Source of the DNA: Marsupella aquatica
Lineage: Eukaryota; Plantae; Marchantiophyta
NCBI GenBank assembly: GCA_973895155.1
Contig: OZ316897.1
Location: 14,135,375-14,199,374, forward strand
DNA: 64,000 nucleotides
Direction: 5' to 3'
Numbering within the stretch: position 1 is the first letter of the stretch; every line of letters begins with the position of its first letter. The notes beneath the pieces are model-generated. The model saw only the letters and a program-made list of their open reading frames with translations. It searched no databases and was not told the DNA's origin. Made by a program: the position numbers and the translations under genes. Positions 23,558-40,103 of the stretch are shown in pieces.

Positions 23558-26445
23558 CATGGGAGGTGCCTTCCAAAATTCCCTGGCACCAAATGTGACC
23601 ACATTCTCAATTTCAGTTACAAACAGAAAAAGTCTATGTTTGTGGTAAAAAAATAGACATTAACTTTCTTGTTTGACCCCAGTCAGACCAACAAAATCAG
23701 TTAGATTTGAAAACCATATAACAAGCAGGAAATTCAAAAGTAGATGTTGAAATAATGAACAACAAGGGCAACAAAGTTGGATGGTGGACGGGAGTATACA
23801 AATTGAGGGTACAAGAAAAAGGTGCATGCTTTGTCAACAGATGGGATAAGATATTCATGACTAAAGGTGACAATTTTGGCTTTAAACCAACAGTAGTTCA
23901 AGTTAGTTCATTAGTCTTTGTAAGTATTCAGAATGTTGTTTTGTGCTACTGGGTACATAAGCATACTAGGATGCATTGAAGAGGATTTTAGTCAGAATTT
24001 TGTCATCTCAAGTCCATTTGGGCTGAAATGTTTTATCCTACTTCCTAGATTTTAGGACTTACTTACTAACCAAATTTGAAGAAAATTGGAGTTCCCCAAT
24101 TTTTTTGATGACCTGCATCCAACCAATCAGATCAAAGTCCAAAATAAACTGTAGAGTAGGACTGTAGTATGGATAAGCCATGATACAAGGATGATAAAAT
24201 TTGGGGGATTGCCTCTTTACAAAGAATTGTTCAGGAAGCCAATTTTGGCTCTTCTAGTACTTAAACCATCACTATCCCTGAACCTGTGGTAGGACAAAAT
24301 ATTGTTATTATGTCGGAGAACATTATTCACCAATTATGGTAATCTAGATCTACCAGGTTTTTCTTCCATGACATTAATGGTTAAGTAGTATTAGCTTCCT
24401 TACAAGCATAAAAGTATACACAAGTACGGGTCCATGAACTAATTTAAATTCTTGGTAGCATAAGGAATGGTTTCAGGAAACTGTTTCCATCTTAATTCGG
24501 ATGGGTTACCATGTGAGTGTAAAGTGCTGTCCCTTATAGGAATCAAGGACTTTCTTGAGTGTTTATTAAGTAGTAATTAGGTAAGGAATTTCCTGTATTT
24601 TGTCTTTCCTCTTGGGAGCTCAAGAGTACAGCCACAAACATTAGGGGTCATGTTGCATGTGTGCAGCTCTTTGTTTCCCAAGCCCAGCCCTTAGCAGTCC
24701 TGAAACTGTCCTGAACAAGCATATCTCAATTTTCCACAGTATCTGTTGCCCTGCTAGGTATGACCCTGCCCAAACGTTTTTTGCCCTTGCTTTGCCGCTT
24801 CCCACTACAGATTATACAGGGGCCCATTCATTTGCAACAATTCCAGAAATGAGCGGAGTGACAATGAGCTCCACATCCAGTGGTGCCGTGCTACACCTAC
24901 TTTAGTCTACTCTCACTGGGGAAATTATCAGCAGGGCCAGTAATAAGCCCAACTATCTTGAACTACCACAATAAGATCTCCACACCAGACACTACACAAA
25001 TCTCCGTAAACATTCAATAGGATCTTCAATCCCAACTCAAGGAAAACTTTGTAAAGTAAAGATGAGGTTCTTGATTTATCACAGCAGAATTGAAAAGCCT
25101 CTATCAACAGCCCTGTCTTAGATAATCCTATGGCAGCTATTGGATTAGAGATGATTTCAAATGCTGCACTCTCCATGGTCTTCTGTGCCAAATTTGCAGT
25201 TGTGCTCGTCTTGCCAACTTCGCAGCTGCCAAAGCCTTCAACCCGCAGCTGTGCTCTTCTTGCCAACTTTGGAGCTGACAATGCTTTCAATCTTCAGCTT
25301 CGCTTCTCGTCTGCACATCTCCTAGAGATTTCAGGGCTCTCTCTGGCCTTAAAATAAAATAAAATTATAAGAGCTCGCTCTGAAATAGATGTCCTTCTCT
25401 CTGAAATTGAAATCTTTCGGAGTCCGAGAGCTGCTAATTGACGGAAGGCATATGCAGGCCGGGGCACTTTGTAGGGGGAATAAATCAAGGAGCAGGTTTA
25501 AGGTAAATTCACAGACGGCACAGTAGAACAACACATGTAAAGTGTATCTTTTTGTCCTATTGACATTTCAGAGTTTGGGGCCTCTAGGGAAGTAATATTT
25601 CTCTCCCTCGCCCTTGGTTCTCCACTATATATTGCATCAGGCCGGTCTGAAAAGGAGGTTGAGGCATGAAATTCTCAGTCAATGTTTGAATGCAGTCAGT
25701 TAAATTGAGATCCTGCAAACGAAGGCCTGCCCACATGCAAGACCGCCTCAAAACTTCCTAGAGTTTTGGCTTTGTCTCTACATGCAAGATGGCCCCAAGC
25801 CTCCCTAGAGTTTTGGCTTTGTATTTTTTTATGACACTTGTTTTCTACAGTACACACCTTGCTTTGAGGAGAGAATTACGAAATGACCCATCAATCCAGG
25901 CAAAACAACAACAAAAATAACACAATAGACAATTTTGCTACTAAATGGCCTTAAATCTTGGCGTTTTTCATTCATTACGCTCACAAGCATTCATGACCCT
26001 AACCTTTGCCCGATCATAACACACCGGACATCAGTCTTGGACCATTTTCGCCTGCCAGCTAAATTGAGGACCCGCCCATTGTCTCAGATTTGCAGAGACC
26101 TGACGAGACCTAATTGCTGGTGTTATCCCAGCTTCTGGTGAGCTTCTGGTCTCACCAGTTAGCTTTTGCAAGACTCTGCGTTTGAAGCTGAGAGTTGAGA
26201 CTCAATCAGCTTTGCTTTGGATGGAGAGACACTGAACAGCCCCCCGCAATCATAGTGGAAACTCATGGACAGCCATTTCCACCGAGGAATCGACAAACAT
26301 TGAGAATGCTGTATACTAGAGTGGAGTTCAATCATGAAATCTTGTAGTTTTCCATTTTTGTACCTGGCTAATGGATGGCCCGAACGAAAGTTGGTCAAAG
26401 TCCTCCCGCATAGACTATCGTTTTATCTAAAGAATTGTGAAACCT

Positions 26446-26720
26446 GTTAGAACACTGAAGTGCTTCGAGCCTAAAACCTGAAGGCAATTTACATCTTCCT
26501 GCCCCTCCGACTGATTGAATGCTGCCACCTATTACCTTTTTATTCTTCACGAAAAAAAGATAAATTTCAAGTTTTGTACCACAATTAGAACACCTAAGTG
26601 CTTCGAGAAGAGAACCTAAAAGGCAACTTACATTCGTGCCCCTCCGACTGATTGAAGGCTGCCACCTATTACCATTTTATGCTTCAAGAAAAAAGAAAAT
26701 TTTCAAGTTTTGCACCACAA
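26446..26720. repeat. Tandem duplication, ~138 bp
   Basis: TTAGAACAC..AAGTGCTTCGAG...GCCCCTCCGACTGATTGAA.GCTGCCACCTATTACC...TTTCAAGTTTTG.ACCACAA occurs twice. Confidence 0.85.
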
Positions 26721-27452
26721 CGAACTCATATGTCCAGCTTACTAGGGTTTAATTTAATTTTTTGTGAACTGAAGTCCTGTTCGTCGGAGCGAGGCAGAAA
26801 TTAAAATGTAAAGAGACAGCTGCTTGGTAGACCTCAGTTTGCCTGAATCCGTTGTCCAGATAGTAGCCTTGCTTACTCCTAGTGTCTTAACATCTTCTTA
26901 CGACTAACGAATCGAGTGAAACTTACATACCAATTCTTAGACATGAGTGCTGATGGGACAAGCCCTTCATGTTGTGGATGGGGAGCCTCCACCCGTGAAG
27001 CTATATGAAGAAAAACGCTCCAAGCAATCCTCCAATGTGTAGGCAAAACACTTACCTTGTGAATGCGAGATCTCAAGCCAGAGTGCCTTAAAAGAAACTA
27101 TTGAGAGTGGTATTGTCTGCCGTCCTACGTCTGTATATACACGAAATGAGGATTTCTTCTAATCAGATAACACTCACTCTGGGGTGCCAATCTTAAATTT
27201 CATATATAAGTGACACCCGGAGCACTAAAATTCATTTTGCAGCCCACTGGTGTAGAACTGAATAATTTCGCTCGAACAAGGCCCGAACTTAGAAGAAGCT
27301 CGATTGAGTTTTACTCTGGTAGCAGTACAAAATCACAGATTGCTTGTTCCGTGTGCCAATGTGACACTCTCCTATACCTGAATCTACCTCTAACCAATCC
27401 AAGAAGGAATTCCTTGAGACCAGATAGCCCTACCTCCAAAATTGTCGTCGAA

Positions 27453-28667
27453 CTAACCTTGAGTGGAATAGACCGCATCTACATCATCTAGATCAAGAAG
27501 CTTCTCCATCATTACTCTATTTAGTTCCTCAGCTTCATCATCTGGCTTGATCGATGCCACAGGGAATAGCTCCAGGCCAGAGTTGTCCGTGTCAACTGAG
27601 AGCCCTTCTTCTTTCAATTTCTGGGTGATGGTCCAAAACTGATCCACAGGTGTGAGAACCTTGTAGTACTTGAGTCCTCCGCTGTCTTCATCGTCCTCAT
27701 CTTCCTCGGGAGACGGTTCCACCACATCCTCTGCTCCAGCGTCCATGGCAGCGAGTAGAATATCATCACTTGTCGTCCCTGCAGAGTCTTTCACAAGAAT
27801 AACTCCTGCACGCTTGAAATTGAAGAGCACAGAACCTTTTTCTGCCATCTTGCCCCCACTCTTCTTCACCACATCACGGATGTTAGCAGCAGCTCGGTTG
27901 TTGTTATCTGTCAGGACCTCCAGCACAATCCCAACTCCCCCAAACCCATAAACCTCATAAGTGAGCTCCTCAAAGTCCTGCTGGTTCTTGTCACTAGCCT
28001 TCTTTATATTTCTGTCCACAATGTCTTTAGGAATGTTATAATCCTTAGCCGTTTGTAGAAGAGCTGCCAATGCGACATTAGAGACGGGATTTGGGCCTCC
28101 ACCTTTCACTGCTGCTACGATCTGCTTGCCTATCCTGCCGTAGAGCTTGGCTTTCTTCTTATCCTGCGCACCCTTCTTTGTGGCTATTTTGGCAGACCGC
28201 CTACCCATTTGCAGAGGGGTGGAGATCCACAACCTCCGTGCACCGCTAGGGTTCATTTCTTTCCCTGGCTGATGTTGCTGCCACCCTAAGCTTGTGCCAA
28301 CATCCCGGGCCCCATGTCCTGCACCTTGCTGCATGCACCTGATCTCACCTGACTTCCTCACTCTCTCCTGGCTGCATCTGTAGGGCGAGCTCCCTGCTCT
28401 ACGTCCAGCTCCGCCTCCTGCTCCTTCCAGTCTGCAAATAGAAGTCATCGAGCTGCAGAATCCCAGCCTCTCCACAGCTTGTAGACCCAGCTGCTTACCT
28501 TTGGCTGCGGATGACAGGGAGCAGGATCCCAAACTGCCATTTCCGGAAGAAGAGAAGAATTTGGAGCAAGAGCTGCGAACGAGGGAAGGTGGTGAACGAT
28601 GCACCAGCATGGTTCTGAGAGCTGAGGGTAGTACCTTCCTAATTGCTGCTGTTGCTGTCTGGGGCAT
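27453..28667 (-). CDS. YebC/PmpR/TACO1-family protein with long N-terminal organellar targeting extension (404 aa, single exon)
   Basis: Uninterrupted ORF; MGRRSAKIA..KGAQD.KKAKLY, GGPNP.SN, IPKDIVDRNIKKA, YEVYGFGGV, LTDN.NRAA, LDDVDAVYS match the plant YebC-like family; ~150-aa Ser/Arg-rich leader. Confidence 0.93.
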   Translation of the reverse strand: MPQTATAAIRKVLPSALRTMLVHRSPPSLVRSSCSKFFSSSGNGSLGSCSLSSAAKGKQLGLQAVERLGFCSSMTSICRLEGAGGGAGRRAGSSPYRCSQERVRKSGEIRCMQQGAGHGARDVGTSLGWQQHQPGKEMNPSGARRLWISTPLQMGRRSAKIATKKGAQDKKKAKLYGRIGKQIVAAVKGGGPNPVSNVALAALLQTAKDYNIPKDIVDRNIKKASDKNQQDFEELTYEVYGFGGVGIVLEVLTDNNNRAAANIRDVVKKSGGKMAEKGSVLFNFKRAGVILVKDSAGTTSDDILLAAMDAGAEDVVEPSPEEDEDDEDSGGLKYYKVLTPVDQFWTITQKLKEEGLSVDTDNSGLELFPVASIKPDDEAEELNRVMMEKLLDLDDVDAVYSTQG

Positions 28668-28971
28668 CGCTTCAGAACGTCTTGTGTCCTGTTCCCGAAG
28701 AGATTCGACTCACCTACTAATCGAAGGAAGCCAACATCTTCTCTAGGATCGAGTAGCTCATCGTCGACTGTTTCTGAAATTGTGCAGAAACAAAGGCCCC
28801 AGATTTTGTGGGTCAGAGGGAACGCGAGTAATGTTGACTCAACGTGAAAGTTGCAGCTATGGAGATTTCGAGTACTGATGTGCGACGAAGAACACCGCAG
28901 CCAATCTATCGCTCAGCCATATACTCATGTCACCTTTTGGTTTGCGAAAGGATAGTCCTGGTCTTTGAGAA

Positions 28972-29154
28972 CCCTCCGCGCTTGATGGAGCTGACCACTT
29001 TGGAGGTAATTGCCAAACAACGTCCATTTCTATTGCTTGTAAGTATATAAGTATAAGTATATGCCCTCCGCGTTTGATGGAGATGACCACTTTGGAGTTA
29101 ATTGCCAAAGAACGTCCATTTCTATTGCTTGTAAGTATATAAGTATAAGTATAT
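28972..29154. repeat. Tandem duplication, ~91 bp, upstream of the YebC-like gene
   Basis: CCCTCCGCG.TTGATGGAG.TGACCACTTTGGAG...GTAAGTATATAAGTATAAGTATAT occurs twice. Confidence 0.9.
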
Positions 29155-31169
29155 TATATAATAGGAGCCCTATGCCAGTGGGTTTCCACTCTGCAAAGAG
29201 GGCTAGCCCATAGGGATTCCGGGAATGGGGACATTTATGGGGCAGTAGTAAACATATATGTGCTAGGGATGCACATTTTCTCTATCAATGGTCAGAGTAA
29301 ACAGTTAATCTAATCCAACTAATGTAAATTTTTCCTGCCAAGGAACTTTTTTGTATTAGGACAAACGACAACAAAAAATATTGTCCGTTATTATAGTTGT
29401 AGATACTTATACTTATTACATACTTATACTTGCAAGGGTAGCAACAATTCTTGCTTGTAGCACACCACTGTACTCTTAGGATTGTACAATTCTTGCTTCT
29501 GGTCGCACTATTTGTGGTACTGGGGTCAATGGTGAGGCTGCTGGGTTTGGGGGTTGTCTTTGGCGGATTGCACCCAGACCTGACCCTCACCGGTGGCGAC
29601 AGTGAAGCCACAAGCTCCTTGTGAGAGGGAGCCATTAGTGAACTTTCTGAAGGGATCTAGTTTATACAGAGATTGCACAGATGGACAATTGGTGTCATCC
29701 ACACACACTTTGGCGAGACTGGATGGGGGACACTACTCCATGGCTCGCCAGTTCTGGTGCATGGGAGGTGCTGTCTCTTGGGCCTGAAGCCTTGGTTTAG
29801 ATTTCTTGAGGATTCTTTGAGGATCAATAAACTGAGGGCTTTAGCAAGCCCCTCCTTGCTGAAGCTGCAGCTGGCAGGGCATTTCCGGTGCGACGGATGG
29901 GGATGCTCTAATCATAACTTCATTTTTTTCATTTTTCATTGTAATCATACTTTCATTCTAGTGTTATTTACCCCATTTTTGCACTATCCTGGGGTATTGA
30001 TCTCCTGTCTGGGGAGAAATCAAAGTTGGAAACATTCCTTGATACTGTGGGTGTCATCATACCCTGGTTCTTGCAGAAGCTGCTATGTTATTTGCTGAAA
30101 GAGGTACAATTCATTTTTATTTAGCCACTTGAGTGGGACCTAGTGGTCTAGCTCTAGTTAAGTTACTAACAAAATAGTTGACTAGTTTTCCTCTTGCCAA
30201 GAAAATGGAAGTCATACAAACAAGATGTTCAGATGGACTATCAAACCCACATGGATAATTTTAAAGTGTCATTAGTTACTCAAATAGCACCTACGCCAAG
30301 GTCTTGATTGAACACACCAAAACCCCAGAAAAAGGGGAAACACACAGAGGCAAGTCCGGATATCCTCCAGTGGTGGAATCCACCCTTGACTAGCATACTC
30401 TACGACAGAGAGTCATTGAAGAAAAATCACTGGAGGAGCCTTTTGTGAAAGTAACTGAACGCTCAAAATATTAAGAATGTATAGAGGTATAACGCTAATC
30501 TTTCCTCGGAGTCCATTAGAGAAAAACATGAACTCGAGTAAACAACAATAGAACCCAGTGGACCCATTTCCTCATTGAAAGGGTCCATTCCTTCCGCAAT
30601 TGTTGTTCTCGGATCATCGCAGCTTTTAGAGTTCCTTCCGCCTCACACTGTAATCGAAGTGGCGATCTAGTTCTCTTGGTTTTCATCTTTGTCGCCGCTT
30701 TGCCAGCTTTCTAAACTCTTACTCCACCCCTGCTACCTCTTATATATTTCTGTGTCTCAAACCGTAGATGTCTTCAGCAGCTGCCATCTTATACTAAAAT
30801 CCTTCCTTGCCATGTCGAGCTTGATGTTCGCCTCTGCCTGAGTTTTCCAATTTAACTGCGGACGAACTGGATGTGACCTTGTGGTCAGTTACAACGAAAA
30901 CGGTATTGATGCTGAAAAACGCATTTGGGATTTGGACTGGGACTTGAGAATGACAACGTATAAATATAGAAACTCGTGGCGAAGTGGTGGAAAGATCGAT
31001 GCTTAGCGTGAAGTCTTCGTCACTCTCAAGTCCCAAGAGAGGTTCCCAATTTATTCTTGATCGACCTAACAAACCTCATGGCAATGGATTATCGTAACAT
31101 TCGTTGCTTGACCAGGTAAACAAGTATCTCAGCTTTTGTTAATGTGAATTCAAAAGTGATGGGCCATTT

Positions 31170-35489
<4,320 letters not shown>

Positions 35490-35963
35490 GGTTGGCTTAC
35501 TTGGCTGTGTCCCCCTCTCTCTCTCTCTCTGTACCGAATCCTTCTTTCTCCCTTCAGATTAGACTAAAAAGAGTTCAGAATCTGCTCTCTGCCTCTATTT
35601 CCCCACCTTAAATCATCCCCACGTCAGATCTTCTTCCCTCTTCTTTCCTACTGTCCTCCTCTTCCTGTACGATGCGGTCCCACTACAGTATTTGGGGTGT
35701 CAAATTGGCGACGGCCAGAAATGACGGACCTCAGTCACCTCAGTCAAAGGGTCCTCACCAACCTCACCGAAATAAACGCCGGCAAGATCGGGTTGGGAGT
35801 TTGGACGGGTGCCAAACTGGGAACACGAAGAAAGTGCTACACAGCACAGCCTTGGCCCGATGGGAATGCGGTACGGCATTGCAAGAAGAGCCTGGAAAGA
35901 AAGAAGACACTCATCACGGTACCACGAAATCAATTGGAGTTTGTACACGTTTGATTAGATTTT

Positions 35964-36128
35964 CAACTTTCCCTCCTCAGCTACGAGACGCTTTGCCTAC
36001 GCTTACTAGGTAGAAGTCCTTCAACTTTCCCTCCTGAGCTACGAGAAGCTTTTGCCTCTGCTGAGGTAGAAGTCATTGAACTCCTGAGCTACGAGAAGCT
36101 TTGCCTCTGCTGCTGAGGTAGCAGTCAT
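35964..36128. repeat. Short tandem repeat, ~45-55-bp unit, 3 copies, upstream of TPI
   Basis: CTCCT(C/G)AGCTACGAGA..CTTTGCCT...AGGTAG.AGTC recurs three times. Confidence 0.8.
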
Positions 36129-37346
36129 CTGAATTGATGAACTAATTCACCCACAGCTGCGCAGGTCCAGATCCTACTGACGAAACGCTTCAATTTCGAC
36201 AGAGGGCGAGATCGAGCAAACCATTGCCCATACAAATTTAGTACAGGAAGCAAAACCCTTGATTTTACTCAGTATCCATCTTTGCCTCTCGAGCATCCTG
36301 CTGACAGGACCCCAACTAAACATCAAAGTTCAGGCGCAAAATTTATCAGAAAATCCGGACAAGAAAATGATCAATTTTTGTAAGTGAATAAATCATATTC
36401 TACACAAATGCAGCTAGGATCTATGAGCATTCCAGCAGACATTGGAGCCTACTTGGCTGACCCAGTTGGATCTTTCACGAAGCTGTGTCCCTTGCTGTGT
36501 GTAAGAGATCTCTCCATATCATGATAAACCTCATTATTATTTTTAAATCAATGAGTGCACACTTATCACATTTTGATCACACTTATCACATTTTGATCTG
36601 TGCAAACAATCTCTCCAGTATACAAAAATTTGGCAATTGTAATCTTTCTTCATGTTGACAATCAATTTATTGTCCTTGCCTACATAACAGCTAGTAGTCT
36701 AGGGTTTATTGTCCTTGCATACATAAGACCATTCTGGAAATTACTTCAAAGGCAAGATTCCCTCTTTTGGACCCAGTTGAAGGCCTACAACTTCTTTATT
36801 GGTTGTTTAAATTTGAATATATTGGATCCACATATATATATACTGAATTGTGCCATAATCTGTTGAAAAATTAATCTATGTAATGATAAACAAGAGTGCA
36901 AGTGAGGTTCTGAAACCCCCTTCAATAATTCAAACCAAGTGACACTATTTGTACCTAAAACAACCTTGTATATTGACAACTGACAATAGCAAAAGTTGTA
37001 TGGTCATAGTGGCAAACACCTTATCATCATTTTATGGCAGAGCTTCCTCGGTTGCAAGGACTTTTGTTGCTTCTGATGTGGTTGCTTCTCTCGCTTCTGC
37101 TAGGTCTACTAAGGATTCTTGAACCTCATCCTACGGATTGTGTTGGTCTCCACCAATTTGAGGCTCCTTCTTTTTCTTTGGTTTCCCATTGCCCTCCCAC
37201 TTTTGTGCTAATGATTCTTCAAACACATCCTGTGCTCCATCAAATTGAGCATGCCTTATCTTATTGTTTTGCGTCCACCTGTTCCGCTTCAAGGGTTTTT
37301 CAAGAGCATCCATCTCTGTTTCTACTACTACTGTTGACACTTGAAT

Positions 37347-38665
37347 GTGCTGATTTGTCCAACGCATTATGTTGTTCCTCATCACCTTAATACTTTTTCG
37401 GCTTTTTGTTTAGGTTTGTTGTTATTGCGGGTGTTAATAACTCATCTATCTACTAGACCCCTAATCAAGATAATGCAAGAGATGATGTAAGACTGACTTT
37501 GGATTTTATCTGCATTGGAAACATAAAAAACTTGAGTTCCATGTAGGTATTGATTCATATATACATTATACAAAGCACCCAGAGATTTTCAAACAAGTTT
37601 AATATGTAGAATCTTTCCTACGCAGAGGCCCTCAATCGCCTGAACATATGTTACACTACGTTATGTTTATGCTATTACATAGAAACAACAATTAATGATT
37701 AAATTTGTAAAAAAATAATTAATTCAGTTAAGAAACTCACTCAAGAGAATGAAATGACATCAAAACTGTGTGTAGCTAACATGTATGTCAGGGAAAAGTC
37801 AACATACATTCCAAGCGACTTGATATTCTTTTGGTTGCAGTTAAGTATCTTAGTTGTCATATTACATTGGATGTAGCGACTAAAATTTTTGAATGAGTTG
37901 TTGTTATTACCTGCTCCAATAAGTCTCAATGAGTTCACCAAAAAAATTGCCCCGATATTTCGGAGAAGGACAAAACACTGGTATAGTTTCAAAAGAGCAA
38001 TGTGATAGAGTTATCAGTTTGCATCTCACATCAGTGTATATTAGCCCTATGTTTTCCGAGGAGAGGACAATTTTTTTGATGAGCTCATTGAGACACTTGA
38101 GCCTGCAATAACAACAAACAACGCATTCAAAAATTTTAGTTGCTACACCCAATGTAATACGATAACTAAAATGCTTAAGTGTAACCAAAAGGATATATCC
38201 GGTCGTTTGGAGTGTATATCATCTTTTCCATAACATACATGTTAGCTACACGTAGTTTTGATGTTATTTTATTCTCTTAAGTGAGTTTCTTAACTGAATT
38301 AATTATTTTTTATAAATTTAATCCTTAATTGTTGTCTCTATGTAAGAGGATGAACATAACATAGCACAATATATGTGGAAACAATTGAGAGCCTCTGTGT
38401 AGAAAAGATTTTACATAAATTTATTTGAAAATCTTTGGGTGTTTTGTATAATGTATAGGAGTCAATGTTTATATGAAATTCAAGTTTGTTTGAGTCTCAA
38501 GTGTCAATAAAATCCCAAGTCATTCCTACATCATCTTTTGTATTACCTTGACTAGGGGTCCGACAAATAGATGAGTTATCAACACCAACAACAGCAAGCC
38601 TAAACAGAAAATCCAATAAGTATAAGGTGATGAGGAACAACATAATTCCCTGGACAAATCAACAC
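37347..38665. repeat. Long inverted repeat (foldback): ~615-bp arms, ~90-bp loop
   Basis: 37347-37965 is the reverse complement of 38054-38665, e.g. AATAATTAATTCAGTTAAGAAACTCACT / AGTGAGTTTCTTAACTGAATTAATTATT and TTATGTTGTTCCTCATCACCTTA / TAAGGTGATGAGGAACAACATAA. Confidence 0.93.
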
Positions 38666-39188
38666 TAATTTTGGAAACTTATTCTTCTCTTCATGCATTT
38701 CTCCATGAGAGTTACTAAGATAATCCTGCAACTAGCCAGAAATCATCCCAATGATGAGATAATATAATAACAAATGACATTCTCAAATGAAGAGTAGTAA
38801 CTTTCCATAATACTAAATAATATTATCAATGACCAGAAGTAACTAACATTCTCAATGTTCCTAAATATGTTATATCTCAATGTACCTTGTCATTGTTTGA
38901 ATCTATGTCCGAACCTAAACTTACTAAGGTAATACTACAAATTGCCCAAATTATTGCGATGATCAGATATACCATTTTCAATAACCAGTAGGAACTAACA
39001 TTCGCCTCATGGTAAAACCATTCGCAATGATATACTCAATGACTAAGAAGCAACTAACATTCTCACGCTCCAGTTCAGTGTACCTTGTTGTCCTTTTCTG
39101 GCAGAACTTCTTCTCTTACGGGGACTTCTGCTGCTGCGGCTGTTTCGGCTCCCCTTAGCGCATAAAGTGGATAGAAAACACGTCATAG

Positions 39189-39353
39189 ATCATTAAAATA
39201 CTTAGTCACGACGAAAAACTGTATTTATTTCTTGACAGAGTTTCGTGATCGATTGTCTGTACACGTCCATCATTAAAATCGTTAGTCACGACGAAAAACT
39301 CTATTTCTTGACAGAGTTTCGTAATCGATTTTTCACATTGTCTGTACACGTCC
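39189..39353. repeat. Tandem duplication, ~80 bp
   Basis: ATCATTAAAAT..TTAGTCACGACGAAAAACT...TTTCTTGACAGAGTTTCGT.ATCGATT occurs twice. Confidence 0.85.
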
Positions 39354-39669
39354 GACCGCTTAGGACTCGGCAAAATAATGAGTGCAAGATGGAAAGATCC
39401 AGACGATCTCTTATTCTCTTGTATCGAACCGAGTATTTAAGCTTTCGCTAGGCAATAATGACAATCGTTTTTCAAATTCATCAGATGTTTCAACTTGAAT
39501 CCGAGACGAAAGATCGGATTTGATCGTCTTGTGCCTTGCCTTCCGACTGTTATCATGACAGTTACACAGTCAGGTATTTCCTGCACGTTCCCTGGCAAAA
39601 GACATTGATCAAAGAGAAGTTCACCATTGTATTTCTTAGCTTTCAGTCTCCGGTCTTGAAATGTGCAGT

Positions 39670-40103
39670 AAGCAAGCTATCCGAAAGAAACCAGAAATCA
39701 TGCCCGAGACTCATCTAACTGAGTCCAAGCTTTCCACAGTGGTTACCACAAATTTGACTTGCTGACAAAATGATCAGATGCGAACCATCCGAAAGAAACC
39801 AGAATCAAGCCTGAGACTCAGCTACTGAATCCAAGCTTTTGACAGTGGTCACCACAAATTTGACTTGTTGACGAATAGATCAGAAGCAAACTATCGGAAA
39901 GAAACAAGAAATCAGGCCTGAGACTCATCAAACTGAATCCGAGCTTTCACAGTAATCACCACAAATTCGTCCTGCTGACGAATTGATCAGAAGCAAACTA
40001 TGAATCGGAAAGAAACCAGAAATCAGGCCTGAGACTCATCAAACTGGATCCAACATTTCCACAGTGGTCACATCAAATTCTACTTGCTGACGAATTGATC
40101 AGC
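39670..40103. repeat. Tandem repeat, ~108-112-bp unit, 4 copies
   Basis: GAAAGAAAC.AGAA(A)TCA.GCC.GAGACTCA...CAGT..T.AC...AAATT...TGACGAAT.GATCAG recurs four times. Confidence 0.9.

Noticed and set aside
24928-26400. ORFs of 80-120 aa downstream of the YebC-like gene
   Set aside because: Non-ATG starts, no domain similarity, and stops in neighbouring frames.
29500-29930. Coding-like GC-richer patch between the YebC-like gene and TPI
   Set aside because: Interrupted frames with no identifiable TE or host domain.
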